A DNA stretch of 64,000 nt from Flavobacteriaceae bacterium. Its GTDB lineage: Bacteria > Bacteroidota > Bacteroidia > Flavobacteriales > Flavobacteriaceae. The stretch's first letter is position 1. Each line of letters starts with the position of its first letter. The position numbers were made by a program, and so were the translations under genes. The stretch is from the NCBI GenBank assembly GCA_023260435.1, contig JALQVG010000076.1, positions 7,251 to 71,250 on the forward strand. Reading direction: 5' to 3'. Below, piece after piece: positions 40,169-49,596 of the stretch. A model generated the notes under the pieces. It had not been told where the DNA came from. It did no database searches and saw only the letters and a list, made by a program, of their open reading frames with translations.

Positions 40169-41067
40169 AAGTTACAGTTTTAGGTTGTCATGCAGCTACC
40201 CCTAGAACCTTGACCAGTCCTACGGCTCAAGTTATTTCATCGGGTAAGCACGTGATGCTGATCGATTGCGGTGAAGGTACACAAGCACAACTCCGGAGGT
40301 ATAAAATTCGTTTTCAAGACATCCAACACATTTTTATTTCTCACCTTCACGGGGATCATTTTTTTGGCTTACCTGGTTTGATAGCCACATTTCGATTGCT
40401 TGGCCGACATCACGCGTTACATGTATACGGTCCCATAGGGATGAAAGAGGCTGTCATGGGTATGCTCATGGCGGGTCAAACACATATTGATTATCCTTTG
40501 TTTTTTCACGAGGTGGATACCCGGACTCCACAGGTTTTGTTTGAAGATCAAGGGTTGGTTGTTCGCTCATTTCCATTGAATCACCGCGTTCCTACGCAAG
40601 GATTTTTATTCGAGCAAAAGCCGGGCCTTAGACACATATGCCGATCGATGATTCCTGATCAGTGGCCAAAGTATGCCTACGATTTACTAAAAAGTGGAAG
40701 GGATTACATCGATGATCAAGGACAATGCTTTAGTTCCTCTGAATATACCAAACCTGGATTACCCCCTAAGAAGTATGCCTTTTGTAGTGACACTCAATTT
40801 GACACTAAAATCATCCCCTATATCCAAGGGGCCAATCTGCTCTACCACGAAAGTACGTTCTTAAATACAGAAAAAGCATTGGCCAAAAAAACAGGACACT
40901 CCACAGCTGAACAAGCAGGCATGATAGCCGCTTTGGCGGGTGTAGAAACTTTGATGTTAGGTCATTTCTCCACGAGATATCCCTCTACCGAACCCTTTAT
41001 CACAGAGGCAAATCTGCATTTTGATCGAGTTGTATGTGCCTATGAGGGTTTGGAGCTTGGCTGTTAA
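40165..41067 (+). CDS. rnz: ribonuclease Z
   Basis: Metallo-beta-lactamase motif HLHGDHFFGLPGL and a C-terminal HFS motif. TTG start. Confidence 0.9.
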   Translation: MKVTVLGCHAATPRTLTSPTAQVISSGKHVMLIDCGEGTQAQLRRYKIRFQDIQHIFISHLHGDHFFGLPGLIATFRLLGRHHALHVYGPIGMKEAVMGMLMAGQTHIDYPLFFHEVDTRTPQVLFEDQGLVVRSFPLNHRVPTQGFLFEQKPGLRHICRSMIPDQWPKYAYDLLKSGRDYIDDQGQCFSSSEYTKPGLPPKKYAFCSDTQFDTKIIPYIQGANLLYHESTFLNTEKALAKKTGHSTAEQAGMIAALAGVETLMLGHFSTRYPSTEPFITEANLHFDRVVCAYEGLELGC

Positions 41068-41115
41068 ATGGGCTTTTTTTAACACAGCCTTATAACGTAC
41101 ATTTGTACAACAATT

Positions 41116-41123
41116 TATTTTTG
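41116..41123 (+). promoter_or_regulatory. -7 promoter box (TATTTTTG) for pdxH
   Basis: The match ends 4 nt before ATG 41128. A second match, TACATTTG, lies at 41098..41105. Confidence 0.4.
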
Positions 41124-41127
41124 TTCC

Positions 41128-41775
41128 ATGGAAAAAGACCTCGGCCATTACCGAAAATCTTATGAGCAAGGCTCACTTGATGAATCTCAATTGGACGATA
41201 ACCCCATGGGACTTTTTCACCGTTGGTTTCACCAAGCAGATGAGCATCCTGGAGCACAAGAAACCAATGCGATGAGCTTAAGTACGATCGGGCAAGACGG
41301 ATTTCCTAAAACCAGGGTAGTGTTGCTTAAAAAGTTCGATGAAAACGGTTTTGTGTTTTACAGTAACTATTTGAGTGAAAAAGGCCTAGCATTGGCCCAC
41401 AATCCTAAGGTTTGTCTGTCCTTCCACTGGCATGCGTTGGAGCGGCAAGTGATCATCAAGGGAGTGGCTCAAAAAATCGATCCAAATACTTCAGACTTAT
41501 ACTTTGATAGTAGACCCTTAGGCAGCAGGTTGGGTGCTATCGTATCACCTCAGAGTCAAGTGATCAGTAGCCGGGATGTACTCGAGAAAGAGCTTGCCGA
41601 ACTGGAAAAAAAATATACGCACCAAGATCCAAAAAGACCCGATCATTGGGGGGGATATTTGGTGACACCTCATGAACTAGAATTTTGGCAAGGAAGACCT
41701 AATCGACTGCACGACCGGATACGTTATCGGATAATCGACGAAATTGATTGGGTCTACGAACGGCTTGCACCATAA
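41128..41775 (+). CDS. pdxH: pyridoxamine 5'-phosphate oxidase
   Basis: RVVLLK, FYSNY, and EFWQGRPNRLHDR...ERLAP at the C-terminus. Confidence 0.9.
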   Translation: MEKDLGHYRKSYEQGSLDESQLDDNPMGLFHRWFHQADEHPGAQETNAMSLSTIGQDGFPKTRVVLLKKFDENGFVFYSNYLSEKGLALAHNPKVCLSFHWHALERQVIIKGVAQKIDPNTSDLYFDSRPLGSRLGAIVSPQSQVISSRDVLEKELAELEKKYTHQDPKRPDHWGGYLVTPHELEFWQGRPNRLHDRIRYRIIDEIDWVYERLAP

Positions 41776-41787
41776 TAAATATACTCT

Positions 41788-43878
41788 ATGAGTACAGAAA
41801 ACAGATATGTCAACAGGGAGCTAAGCTGGCTCAGATTTAACGAACGAGTACTTCAAGAGTGTGCAGATGTCACAGTACCTTTAATTGAGCGTTTGCGTTT
41901 TTTGGGTATTTTCTCCAACAATTTGGATGAATTTTTTAAGGTGCGTTATGCCACTGTGAAGCGCATTGTTGACGCTGGAGCAAAACTGATCAATCCACTA
42001 GGACTTAGCGATCCAAAGGCCTTGCTCGATGAGATTACTTCGATTGTTATCGATCAACAGCAGCGGTCCTTGGATATTTTAACAGCCATTGAGAAAGAGC
42101 TAGAAATCAACGGTATTCATTTGGTTGATGACAAGAATTTGGAGCCTGATCAAGCCAAATTTGTTTCCGAATATTTTGTGCAGCAGGTGAGTAACGTATT
42201 GATGACCGTAATTCTGCAAGAAAAAACTCCATTTCCTACACTCAAGGACACGGCAGCGTACTTGGTTGTGGAGATCGTGCTAAATTCAGTGACCAACAGT
42301 ATGTTGCCCTTGAGGAGAAAACCAGAGGTGCGCTATGCGTTGATCGAAATACCCAAAGAGATCGATCGATTTGTGGTTTTGCCCAATAAACACAACAAGC
42401 AGTGCATCATGATGTTGGATGATGTGATCCGGTGTAATTTGGACAAGATTTTCACCATGTTCTCCCACAAAAAACTCAATGCCTACATGATCAAAATCAC
42501 ACGTGATGCTGAACTTGATCTGGACAATGATGTCAGTAAAAGCTTTATTGAAAAGTTGTATTCCGGTGTTGAGCACCGAAAAGTGAGTGATCCTGTTCGA
42601 TTTGTGTACGACAGAAACATTCCGCAATCCACTTTGAAGTTTATTAAAGCAAAAATGCAAATCGAAAACACGGATAGTGTAATTCCTGGTGGCCGATACC
42701 ACAACAGAAGGGATTATATGGGCTTTCCGAGTTTAGGTAGGCATGACTTACTCTACGATCGCATTGAGCCTTTGCCTATTAAAGGCCTGGATATGGAAGG
42801 AAGTTTGTTTAAACAAATCGCTAAACGAGATTTTCTTCAATATACCCCGTACCACACCTTTTCCTACATCACGCGTTTGCTAAAGGAAGCCGCATTAGAT
42901 CCACAAGTTCAGAGTATTCACATCACTGTATATCGTTTATCTCGAAACTCACAAGTAGCCGCAGCATTGGTCAATGCCGCCCGAAATGGAAAAAAAGTTA
43001 CTGTGGTGCTCGAACTCCAGGCGCGCTTTGACGAACAAGCCAATATTGAGTATGCGGAACAACTTCAAACAGAAGGAATTAAACTAGTGTTCGGAGTGCG
43101 CGGACTGAAAGTGCACAGTAAAATATGTGTCATTGAACGATTGGAACAACAGAAAATTGTCCGTTACGGGTTCGTCAGTACAGGTAATTTTAATGAGTCA
43201 ACAGCTAAAATTTATACGGACTACACTTTATTTACGGCGCACAGACCGATCCTTAAGGAATTGTCCAAGGTTTTTGATTTTATTCAAACTCCTTACATGG
43301 TTCAAAAGTACAAGCACTTGATTGTTTCGCCTCATTACACCAGAGTTCGGTTCGAAAAATTAATCGATCAGGAAATAGCATCAGCAAAGGCTGGTAAACC
43401 AGCCTACATCAAAATAAAAATGAACAGTTTTACTTCCTATTACATGGTAGATAAACTGTATGAAGCCAGCCGAGCTGGTGTTCAAATTCAATTAATTGTT
43501 CGGGGTATTTGTTGTTTGATTCCAGGTGTTCCCGGAATGAGCGAGCACATAGAGGCTATAAGTATCGTGGATAAGTTTTTAGAACACCCCCGAGTATTTA
43601 TTTTCGGAAACGAAGGCAATCCGCTTGTATATATTTCCTCTGCAGATTGGATGACCAGAAACATTGAAAACAGAGTAGAAGTTGGGTGCCCGATTTATGA
43701 CCCACACGTGAAACAAGAGTTGATCGATACGTTTGAAATATCGTGGAGCGATAATGTGAAAGGCCGTTTACTTGTCGATACCCAACAAAGCCCGTACCGA
43801 AATAATGGAGCTGCACCGGTAAGATCCCAGTATGCCCTGTATGAATACTATCAAAAAAAATTATCTGAATCTAATTGA
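41788..43878 (+). CDS. ppk1: polyphosphate kinase 1
   Basis: NRELSWLRFNERVLQE N-terminus and two PLD-like HxK segments (for example VHSKICVIE). 696 aa. Confidence 0.95.
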   Translation: MSTENRYVNRELSWLRFNERVLQECADVTVPLIERLRFLGIFSNNLDEFFKVRYATVKRIVDAGAKLINPLGLSDPKALLDEITSIVIDQQQRSLDILTAIEKELEINGIHLVDDKNLEPDQAKFVSEYFVQQVSNVLMTVILQEKTPFPTLKDTAAYLVVEIVLNSVTNSMLPLRRKPEVRYALIEIPKEIDRFVVLPNKHNKQCIMMLDDVIRCNLDKIFTMFSHKKLNAYMIKITRDAELDLDNDVSKSFIEKLYSGVEHRKVSDPVRFVYDRNIPQSTLKFIKAKMQIENTDSVIPGGRYHNRRDYMGFPSLGRHDLLYDRIEPLPIKGLDMEGSLFKQIAKRDFLQYTPYHTFSYITRLLKEAALDPQVQSIHITVYRLSRNSQVAAALVNAARNGKKVTVVLELQARFDEQANIEYAEQLQTEGIKLVFGVRGLKVHSKICVIERLEQQKIVRYGFVSTGNFNESTAKIYTDYTLFTAHRPILKELSKVFDFIQTPYMVQKYKHLIVSPHYTRVRFEKLIDQEIASAKAGKPAYIKIKMNSFTSYYMVDKLYEASRAGVQIQLIVRGICCLIPGVPGMSEHIEAISIVDKFLEHPRVFIFGNEGNPLVYISSADWMTRNIENRVEVGCPIYDPHVKQELIDTFEISWSDNVKGRLLVDTQQSPYRNNGAAPVRSQYALYEYYQKKLSESN

Positions 43879-45631
43879 GCTCTAAGTCAAGCGTGGATTT
43901 AAAGAAGTCCAGGTGAGGGTTTTTAGCCCTTAATTTTTCATATTTCTCTTCAGGTGTGTAGGCATATTTTTCCATCAATGCCTCTTTTACATCCACTCTT
44001 AATTGAATTCCGTAGTGATTCAATTTTTCTTTGAGAAAATCAAGCAATGGTCCAGAAGCTCGCTCGACTTCTTTTTTCATCGTGTCGTTAGGGAGTTCAA
44101 TCTGTAGTACATGCCCGTCGATCAATTTAGGATCATCTGAGTATAGTGAAGAGGACAGTATCTTTTGGCCAGTTTGGGCTAGATGTTCCGCATATTCACG
44201 CCAATAGTTAATTAATAACTCTTGGCTAAATGCATCTTGTGGCCCTTCTTTTTTGGTAGCTAGTTCAGCTTTTTGAGCTGCTTTTCGTTCTTTTTGAGAT
44301 TTGATACTCGACAGGGAGAATGCCGAAACTTCACCGCTCGGCCAATCTTTCTTGATTGTCAATGAAGCAGCGACTTCAGAAGAAATACCATCTTGTGTGT
44401 CCTTAACTTCCTGGATTTGAGAAACATTGGAGGCCACAATTAGTTCAGGTTGTGGGTCAATTCTATCCGGAGTAGGTTCCACGTTTACCGTGGGTTTTTC
44501 CGAAGTAGGTTGGCGGTTTTTAAACAGTGCTGCAGGGAGTATACCTATCCGTTCGTCGAGGTCATTTTTTTTTTCTCCCTGGTGTAGGGAGGCAATTTTC
44601 ATCAAACAAAGTTCTACCGAGAGTCGTTTGTTGTTGGCTGCTTTGTATTGAAAATCACATTGTTGGGCTAGATCGATGGCTGTGCGCAAAATATCTGCGT
44701 CACTTAGTGCCGCTTGCTCCATCATTTTGGCTTTAGCGTGATCACTCATTTCCAATAAAACACCGGTCTGGCTATAAAGCGCCATCATTAGGTCTCTGAA
44801 ATGAGCGGCCAATCCAGCAATAAAGTATTGTGCGTCAAAACCTTTGGCAAGCACTTGATCAAGTTCTAAAAGCACTTCAGGAATAGCTCCTTTCCATAAA
44901 GATTCAGTGATCTTTAAATAGGTAGCATAGTCCAATACGTTCAAGTGTTCAGCGACCATTTCTTTGGTCATGTTGACCCCGGCAAAACTGACCATTCTAT
45001 CAAAAATGGACAAAGCATCACGCATCGCTCCATCCGCTTTGAGCGCAATTAGATGTAACGCGTCTTCATCGGCATTGATTTCCTGTTGCTTGGCGATATA
45101 CTTGAGATAATTAACTGTATCAGTGACTGTAATGCGCTTAAAATCAAATATTTGGCATCTGGAAAGTATGGTGGGTATTATCTTGTGCTTCTCCGTAGTT
45201 GCTAGAATGAATACCGCGTGTTTGGGGGGTTCTTCCAGCGTTTTTAAAAAGGCATTAAATGCACTTGAGGACAACATATGAACCTCATCGATAATGTATA
45301 CCTTGAACTTTCCTTGTTGTGGGGGAATACGTACCTGATCGATTAGATTTCTGATGTCGTCGACAGAGTTATTTGATGCGGCGTCTAGTTCAAAAATATT
45401 AAAAGCAAAGTCCTCACTTGGGTGATCGCTATCAGCTTCATTAATCCTTTTAGCGAGTATACGAGCACAGGTAGTTTTTCCTACTCCTCTAGGTCCACAA
45501 AATAACAAGGCTTGTGCCAGATGGTTTTGAGCGATAGCGTTTTCCAGAGTTTGGGTAATAGACTGTTGTCCCACTACATCTTCAAACGTTTGGGGTCTGT
45601 ATTTTCGCGCTGATACCAGAAATGGCTCCAT
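43871..45631 (-). CDS. dnaX: DNA polymerase III subunit gamma/tau
   Basis: GPRGVGKTT, DEVHMLS and SRCQ (sensor 1 / SRC). Low-complexity linker after about residue 355. Confidence 0.95.
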   Translation of the reverse strand: MEPFLVSARKYRPQTFEDVVGQQSITQTLENAIAQNHLAQALLFCGPRGVGKTTCARILAKRINEADSDHPSEDFAFNIFELDAASNNSVDDIRNLIDQVRIPPQQGKFKVYIIDEVHMLSSSAFNAFLKTLEEPPKHAVFILATTEKHKIIPTILSRCQIFDFKRITVTDTVNYLKYIAKQQEINADEDALHLIALKADGAMRDALSIFDRMVSFAGVNMTKEMVAEHLNVLDYATYLKITESLWKGAIPEVLLELDQVLAKGFDAQYFIAGLAAHFRDLMMALYSQTGVLLEMSDHAKAKMMEQAALSDADILRTAIDLAQQCDFQYKAANNKRLSVELCLMKIASLHQGEKKNDLDERIGILPAALFKNRQPTSEKPTVNVEPTPDRIDPQPELIVASNVSQIQEVKDTQDGISSEVAASLTIKKDWPSGEVSAFSLSSIKSQKERKAAQKAELATKKEGPQDAFSQELLINYWREYAEHLAQTGQKILSSSLYSDDPKLIDGHVLQIELPNDTMKKEVERASGPLLDFLKEKLNHYGIQLRVDVKEALMEKYAYTPEEKYEKLRAKNPHLDFFKSTLDLELN

Positions 45632-45635
45632 AGAG

Positions 45636-45643
45636 CAAATATA
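45636..45643 (-). promoter_or_regulatory. -7 promoter box (TATATTTG) for dnaX
   Basis: The minus strand reads TATATTTG-ctct-ATG, so the box ends 4 nt before the start codon. Confidence 0.4.
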
Positions 45644-45721
45644 GAAAATACCTTAGCTGTGCTCTAAATGCGGGTAGCAGATAAATAGGTTACTTATCAA
45701 CAATGTCGTGTCAAATATGCC

Positions 45722-45729
45722 TATTTTTG
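45722..45729 (+). promoter_or_regulatory. -7 promoter box (TATTTTTG) for rnpB
   Basis: CCTATTTTTGCACC lies immediately 5' of the P1 stem of RNase P RNA. Confidence 0.55.
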
Positions 45730-45733
45730 CACC

Positions 45734-46020
45734 GCAGGCCACCTTATCGCTCCTTAGGGAGAGGAAAGTCCGGGCACCACAGTGTAGTATAGCGGGTAAC
45801 GCCCGTCCGTCGAAAGGCGAGGACAAGTGCAACAGAAAGGATGTACAGGTAATGCTGTAGTGAAATCAGGTAAACTCTATACGGTGCAACGCCATGTATA
45901 CCAACGTTTGAGGGCTACACGTTCGAGTTGGAGGGTAGGCGGATAGAACCTTAGAGCAATTTAAGGTCTAGATCAATGATAAGGCGTCTTTGGATGTACA
46001 GAACCCGGCTTACGGCCTGC
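45734..46020 (+). ncRNA. rnpB: RNase P RNA, bacterial type A (compact, about 287 nt)
   Basis: P4 halves GAGGAAAGUCCGGGC and ACAGAACCCGGCUUA. Also GUGCAACAGAAAG, GGUAAACUC and GGUGCAA. P1 pairs GCAGGCC with GGCCUGC, followed by T7. Confidence 0.9.
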
Positions 46021-46025
46021 TTTTT

Positions 46026-46577
46026 TTATTCTTTTTCTTGCTCAAGAGCAAAAAAACCAAACACACTACTCCCATAAGTTCTCGCATCCACAAAGTGGGG
46101 TAAGTGACTTAGGTTTTTATGTTTTTCGTACTCCAGTACAAATAGACCTCCAGGCACGAGTAACTCCCGTTCAAAGATCACAGCGTGCAATTCTGTCAAC
46201 AAATCGGCAGAGTGAGCATAGGGTGGATCAGCAAAAATAAACCTAAATTTTTGAGGGGTTTTGGTCAGGTATTCTATCACATCAGCTCTAACAGCACTGA
46301 TATTCATGTCTAGTTCTCTAGCGGTCTTTTGTATAAACTGGACACAACCAGGGAATGAATCAACAGCTGTTGTATTAGGACAACCTCTAGAAGCTAATTC
46401 ATAACTGATATTTCCCGTCCCCGCGTATAAATCAAGGGCGGTGGTATCCTGAAGATAAAGTTGATTGGCCAGTCGATTAAACAACGCTTCCTTGGCCATA
46501 TCAGTCGTAGGTCGAACAGGTAGGTTTTTTGGGGCTGTTATTCTTCTTCCTTTGTGTTTTCCGGAAACAATTCTCAA
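46026..46577 (-). CDS. rsmD: 16S rRNA (guanine966-N2)-methyltransferase
   Basis: MRIVSGKHKGRRI N-terminus, DLYAGTG SAM motif and the DPPY catalytic motif. Confidence 0.85.
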   Translation of the reverse strand: MRIVSGKHKGRRITAPKNLPVRPTTDMAKEALFNRLANQLYLQDTTALDLYAGTGNISYELASRGCPNTTAVDSFPGCVQFIQKTARELDMNISAVRADVIEYLTKTPQKFRFIFADPPYAHSADLLTELHAVIFERELLVPGGLFVLEYEKHKNLSHLPHFVDARTYGSSVFGFFALEQEKE

Positions 46578-47359
46578 AATAATGCAGTTAATGTAAGTGG
46601 ATCGATACCTTTTGGGTCAAGGTGCTCGGCAAATTGGTAGGCATGTTCCACCGTACAATTATTTATTTCACCCAAATGATCAATCATGCGCAACCAATAT
46701 GGATGTGCTTCATTGAGCGCACCAGAGGCGATAAATTGGGTTTTATGGATGTCCAACTGAATTTGCTCCCCCACAAAAAGAAGATAATACATGAAGTCTT
46801 CCTCAGTAAATGCCTTAAACACATTGACCAGGAGTAATTTTTTACCTTGAAATACCATAATCGTCATCAATTGACCTTGGAGGTGAATCAGTAGGGTAGA
46901 TTCACTGTTGTCCAACAAACCAGGTCGAAGTGTTTTAAATAAAAGTTCTGTATGATGGTGGTATTCAAACGATCCGAATCGATCAAAAATCAAGTTGTTG
47001 GCATTGGCAAATGGGACATAGACTACCTGAATATCCCATGGTTGGATAAGGTCGTGACTCAAGGTGTCATTGGCCAATAAAGCAGTGTTGTATTTGACGT
47101 AACTATTGAGGTATTGTGGGTCAAACAGAGATTGAGGTACTACGCCAAATAAATGATTGGTGTGTACCACTTGTATGGCTTGGTAGGTATACTTGTCGAT
47201 TTGGTGATCTCCAATGAATTGACTGAGCTTAATCCCTAAGTCCTGGGTGTCAATTTCCCAACCAAAATCTAGGTGTTCATATCGGGTAACCTCTTGATGA
47301 TAGGGGTCAAGGGTACAAAAAGAAAGTCCATTCAAACTCAATTGAATGGACAGTTTCAA
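46574..47359 (-). CDS. DUF3822-like protein
   Basis: LSIQLSLNGLSFC N-terminus and position next to rsmD, as recalled for DUF3822 in Flavobacteriia. Not searched. Confidence 0.5.
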   Translation of the reverse strand: MKLSIQLSLNGLSFCTLDPYHQEVTRYEHLDFGWEIDTQDLGIKLSQFIGDHQIDKYTYQAIQVVHTNHLFGVVPQSLFDPQYLNSYVKYNTALLANDTLSHDLIQPWDIQVVYVPFANANNLIFDRFGSFEYHHHTELLFKTLRPGLLDNSESTLLIHLQGQLMTIMVFQGKKLLLVNVFKAFTEEDFMYYLLFVGEQIQLDIHKTQFIASGALNEAHPYWLRMIDHLGEINNCTVEHAYQFAEHLDPKGIDPLTLTALF

Positions 47360-47386
47360 ATCAAGATGTTCCTTGCTTTCGATAAC

Positions 47387-48037
47387 CTAGTTATTTTTCT
47401 TTTTGTCATAGATTGGAGGCCAGTTTCCACTAGTGCTCACATCGTCTAATGAACCAACTTTAATAGCAGTTCCATTGATTTGCTCTACGCTAAGGGCTGC
47501 ATTTTCTTTGGCTACTAAATCTTCAGGTTGGTCGTAAAGAACCACATTTTTTTCAACAGAAACCAAGAATACAGGAGCGCGATATCCTCCTTTTTCAATG
47601 ACTTTGGCCTCTAATTTAAATTCCTCTCCGTTTTGTCCAAAAGGAACTTTCATCATGTTTTTGTATCGATCAGATCCTCTAAACAATGAATCCTTTACAG
47701 GTACAGTTCCTAGTGTATCGACAATGCGCACCTCTTTCAAAACAGAAATTCCGTAGGCTTTATCGAAAGCTGTATAAGAGGAATCTCTTTGTTGAGTAAT
47801 TGTATAATTTCCAGTTTCTACAAACGCAATTAATGATTTGAAATCAGAAGCGTATTTGTTGTTGACTGTTTTGTAGGCTTCTTGAGCATTGCGAATGTCT
47901 TTAAGCGTATTGATAACAGCGGAAAAGCGTTCTTGTTTCACCTTCTCGAACTCGATGGGTGCATTTACCGAAAGATAAATCTGGTAAGAAAAGAAGATGG
48001 CAAGCGCCCAAAGTAAGAGTTTTAATGCGGTTTTCAT
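47387..48037 (-). CDS. hypothetical membrane-anchored protein
   Basis: Single N-terminal hydrophobic helix (LKLLLWALAIFFSYQIYL) followed by a soluble domain of about 190 aa. Confidence 0.55.
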   Translation of the reverse strand: MKTALKLLLWALAIFFSYQIYLSVNAPIEFEKVKQERFSAVINTLKDIRNAQEAYKTVNNKYASDFKSLIAFVETGNYTITQQRDSSYTAFDKAYGISVLKEVRIVDTLGTVPVKDSLFRGSDRYKNMMKVPFGQNGEEFKLEAKVIEKGGYRAPVFLVSVEKNVVLYDQPEDLVAKENAALSVEQINGTAIKVGSLDDVSTSGNWPPIYDKKKNN

Positions 48038-48129
48038 TCGTGTGGTCGTTATTTTTTACGTTAAGTGATGAAAACAAAACTACAATTTTTTTTTAATCAC
48101 AAATGGATTTGGGCCACAAAAATCCTCAT

Positions 48130-48137
48130 TATATTTG
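48130..48137 (+). promoter_or_regulatory. -7 promoter box (TATATTTG) for the helicase gene
   Basis: The match ends 6 nt before ATG 48144. Confidence 0.4.
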
Positions 48138-48143
48138 GGGGCT

Positions 48144-49574
48144 ATGCCAACGTTAACCTCTTCGGATTTTTACAGAAAATTCAACGAATTTTTTCCATTT
48201 ACTCCCACAGCACCACAGTCAAAAGCCCTTAAAGGTATCGCTGATTTCGTGTCGGATTTAACCAGTCCAGGAGTGTTTGTTCTCAAAGGGTATGCGGGTA
48301 CGGGAAAGACTACTTTATTGTCGGGTTTGGTCGAAGTGTTGAATCAGGCCGGCATTAAGGTGGTGTTGATGGCACCTACCGGTAGGGCAGCTAAGGTCAT
48401 GTCGCTCAAGGCTGGTGTTGCAGCCAATACGATCCACAAAAAAATTTATTATCCTAAGAAACAATCGAACGGCAGTATGCAGTTCACATTGGCTCCTAAC
48501 AAGCATACCAATACGCTTTTTGTGGTCGACGAGGCTTCGATGATCTCCACGCAAAGCGCTGATGGTTCACTCTTTCAAAATGGGTCTCTTTTGGATGATT
48601 TAATGCAATTTGTCGCTCAAGGCAAATCATGCAAGTTGATGTTGGTAGGGGACCACGCTCAATTACCTCCTGTAGGTCAGGTTTTAAGCCCAGCACTGGA
48701 TACAGAAGTGATCGAGCGTTTTGGTTTCGGTTCGGTGAATGAGGTGCTTTTAGACCAAGTGGTCAGGCAAGCGGCCCTTTCTGGAATATTGAGTAATGCC
48801 ACAACGCTTAGAGCGGCCATAGCTGATGAACTAAATGCATCATTTGTGTTTGATTTGGCAGGAAAAAAAGATGTAGTTCGGTTGATCGAAGGCCAAGAAA
48901 TTTTAGAGGCTATAGAAGAAGCCTACAGCCAATCAGGTCCAGACCATGTTTGTTTTATTGTACAAGCCAACAAGAGAGCCAATCTATACAATCAAAGTAT
49001 TCGCAGTCGTATACTATTTCACGAACACGATTTGTGTGCTGGCGATCAGTTGATGGTAGTTAAAAATAATTACTTCTGGCTACCAGCATCTTCCGAAGCA
49101 GGTTTTATTGCCAATGGAGACATCATTTCTATACTCCAGATCTACAGCTTCAAGGAACTTTATGGATTTAAGTTTGCTGAAGTAAAAGTACAGATGATCG
49201 ATTATCCCAATCAACCTCCGTTTGATACGGTATTGCTGTTGGATGTGTTGGATCTTCCAGGTCCAGCCCTTCCTTATGAACTAGCCAATCAATTATACCA
49301 AGAAGTACAAAAAGATTACGCAGATACAGCGAGCAGTTATCGAAGGCTGCTCCAAATTAAAAACAATCCCTTTTTCAACGCGCTCCAGGTTAAGTTCTCG
49401 TATGCAATAACTTGTCACAAAGCGCAAGGGGGACAATGGGATACGGTGTTCATCGAACAGCCTTATTTGCCGGATGGTTTCACAGTTGAATCGATGAGGT
49501 GGTTGTATACAGCCATGACACGGGCCAAGAAAAAGCTGTATTTGATCGGTTTTGACAAAACATTTTTCGATTAA
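48144..49574 (+). CDS. RecD/Pif1-like superfamily 1 DNA helicase
   Basis: Walker A GYAGTGKTT, Walker B VVDEASM, and a C-terminal TCHKAQGGQWD motif typical of RecD-like SF1 helicases. Confidence 0.8.
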   Translation: MPTLTSSDFYRKFNEFFPFTPTAPQSKALKGIADFVSDLTSPGVFVLKGYAGTGKTTLLSGLVEVLNQAGIKVVLMAPTGRAAKVMSLKAGVAANTIHKKIYYPKKQSNGSMQFTLAPNKHTNTLFVVDEASMISTQSADGSLFQNGSLLDDLMQFVAQGKSCKLMLVGDHAQLPPVGQVLSPALDTEVIERFGFGSVNEVLLDQVVRQAALSGILSNATTLRAAIADELNASFVFDLAGKKDVVRLIEGQEILEAIEEAYSQSGPDHVCFIVQANKRANLYNQSIRSRILFHEHDLCAGDQLMVVKNNYFWLPASSEAGFIANGDIISILQIYSFKELYGFKFAEVKVQMIDYPNQPPFDTVLLLDVLDLPGPALPYELANQLYQEVQKDYADTASSYRRLLQIKNNPFFNALQVKFSYAITCHKAQGGQWDTVFIEQPYLPDGFTVESMRWLYTAMTRAKKKLYLIGFDKTFFD

Positions 49575-49584
49575 ATCAAAAGTA

Positions 49585-49592
49585 TATATTTG
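49585..49592 (+). promoter_or_regulatory. -7 promoter box (TATATTTG) for kdsB
   Basis: The match ends 4 nt before ATG 49597 and lies just after the helicase stop. Confidence 0.4.
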
Positions 49593-49596
49593 CCTT

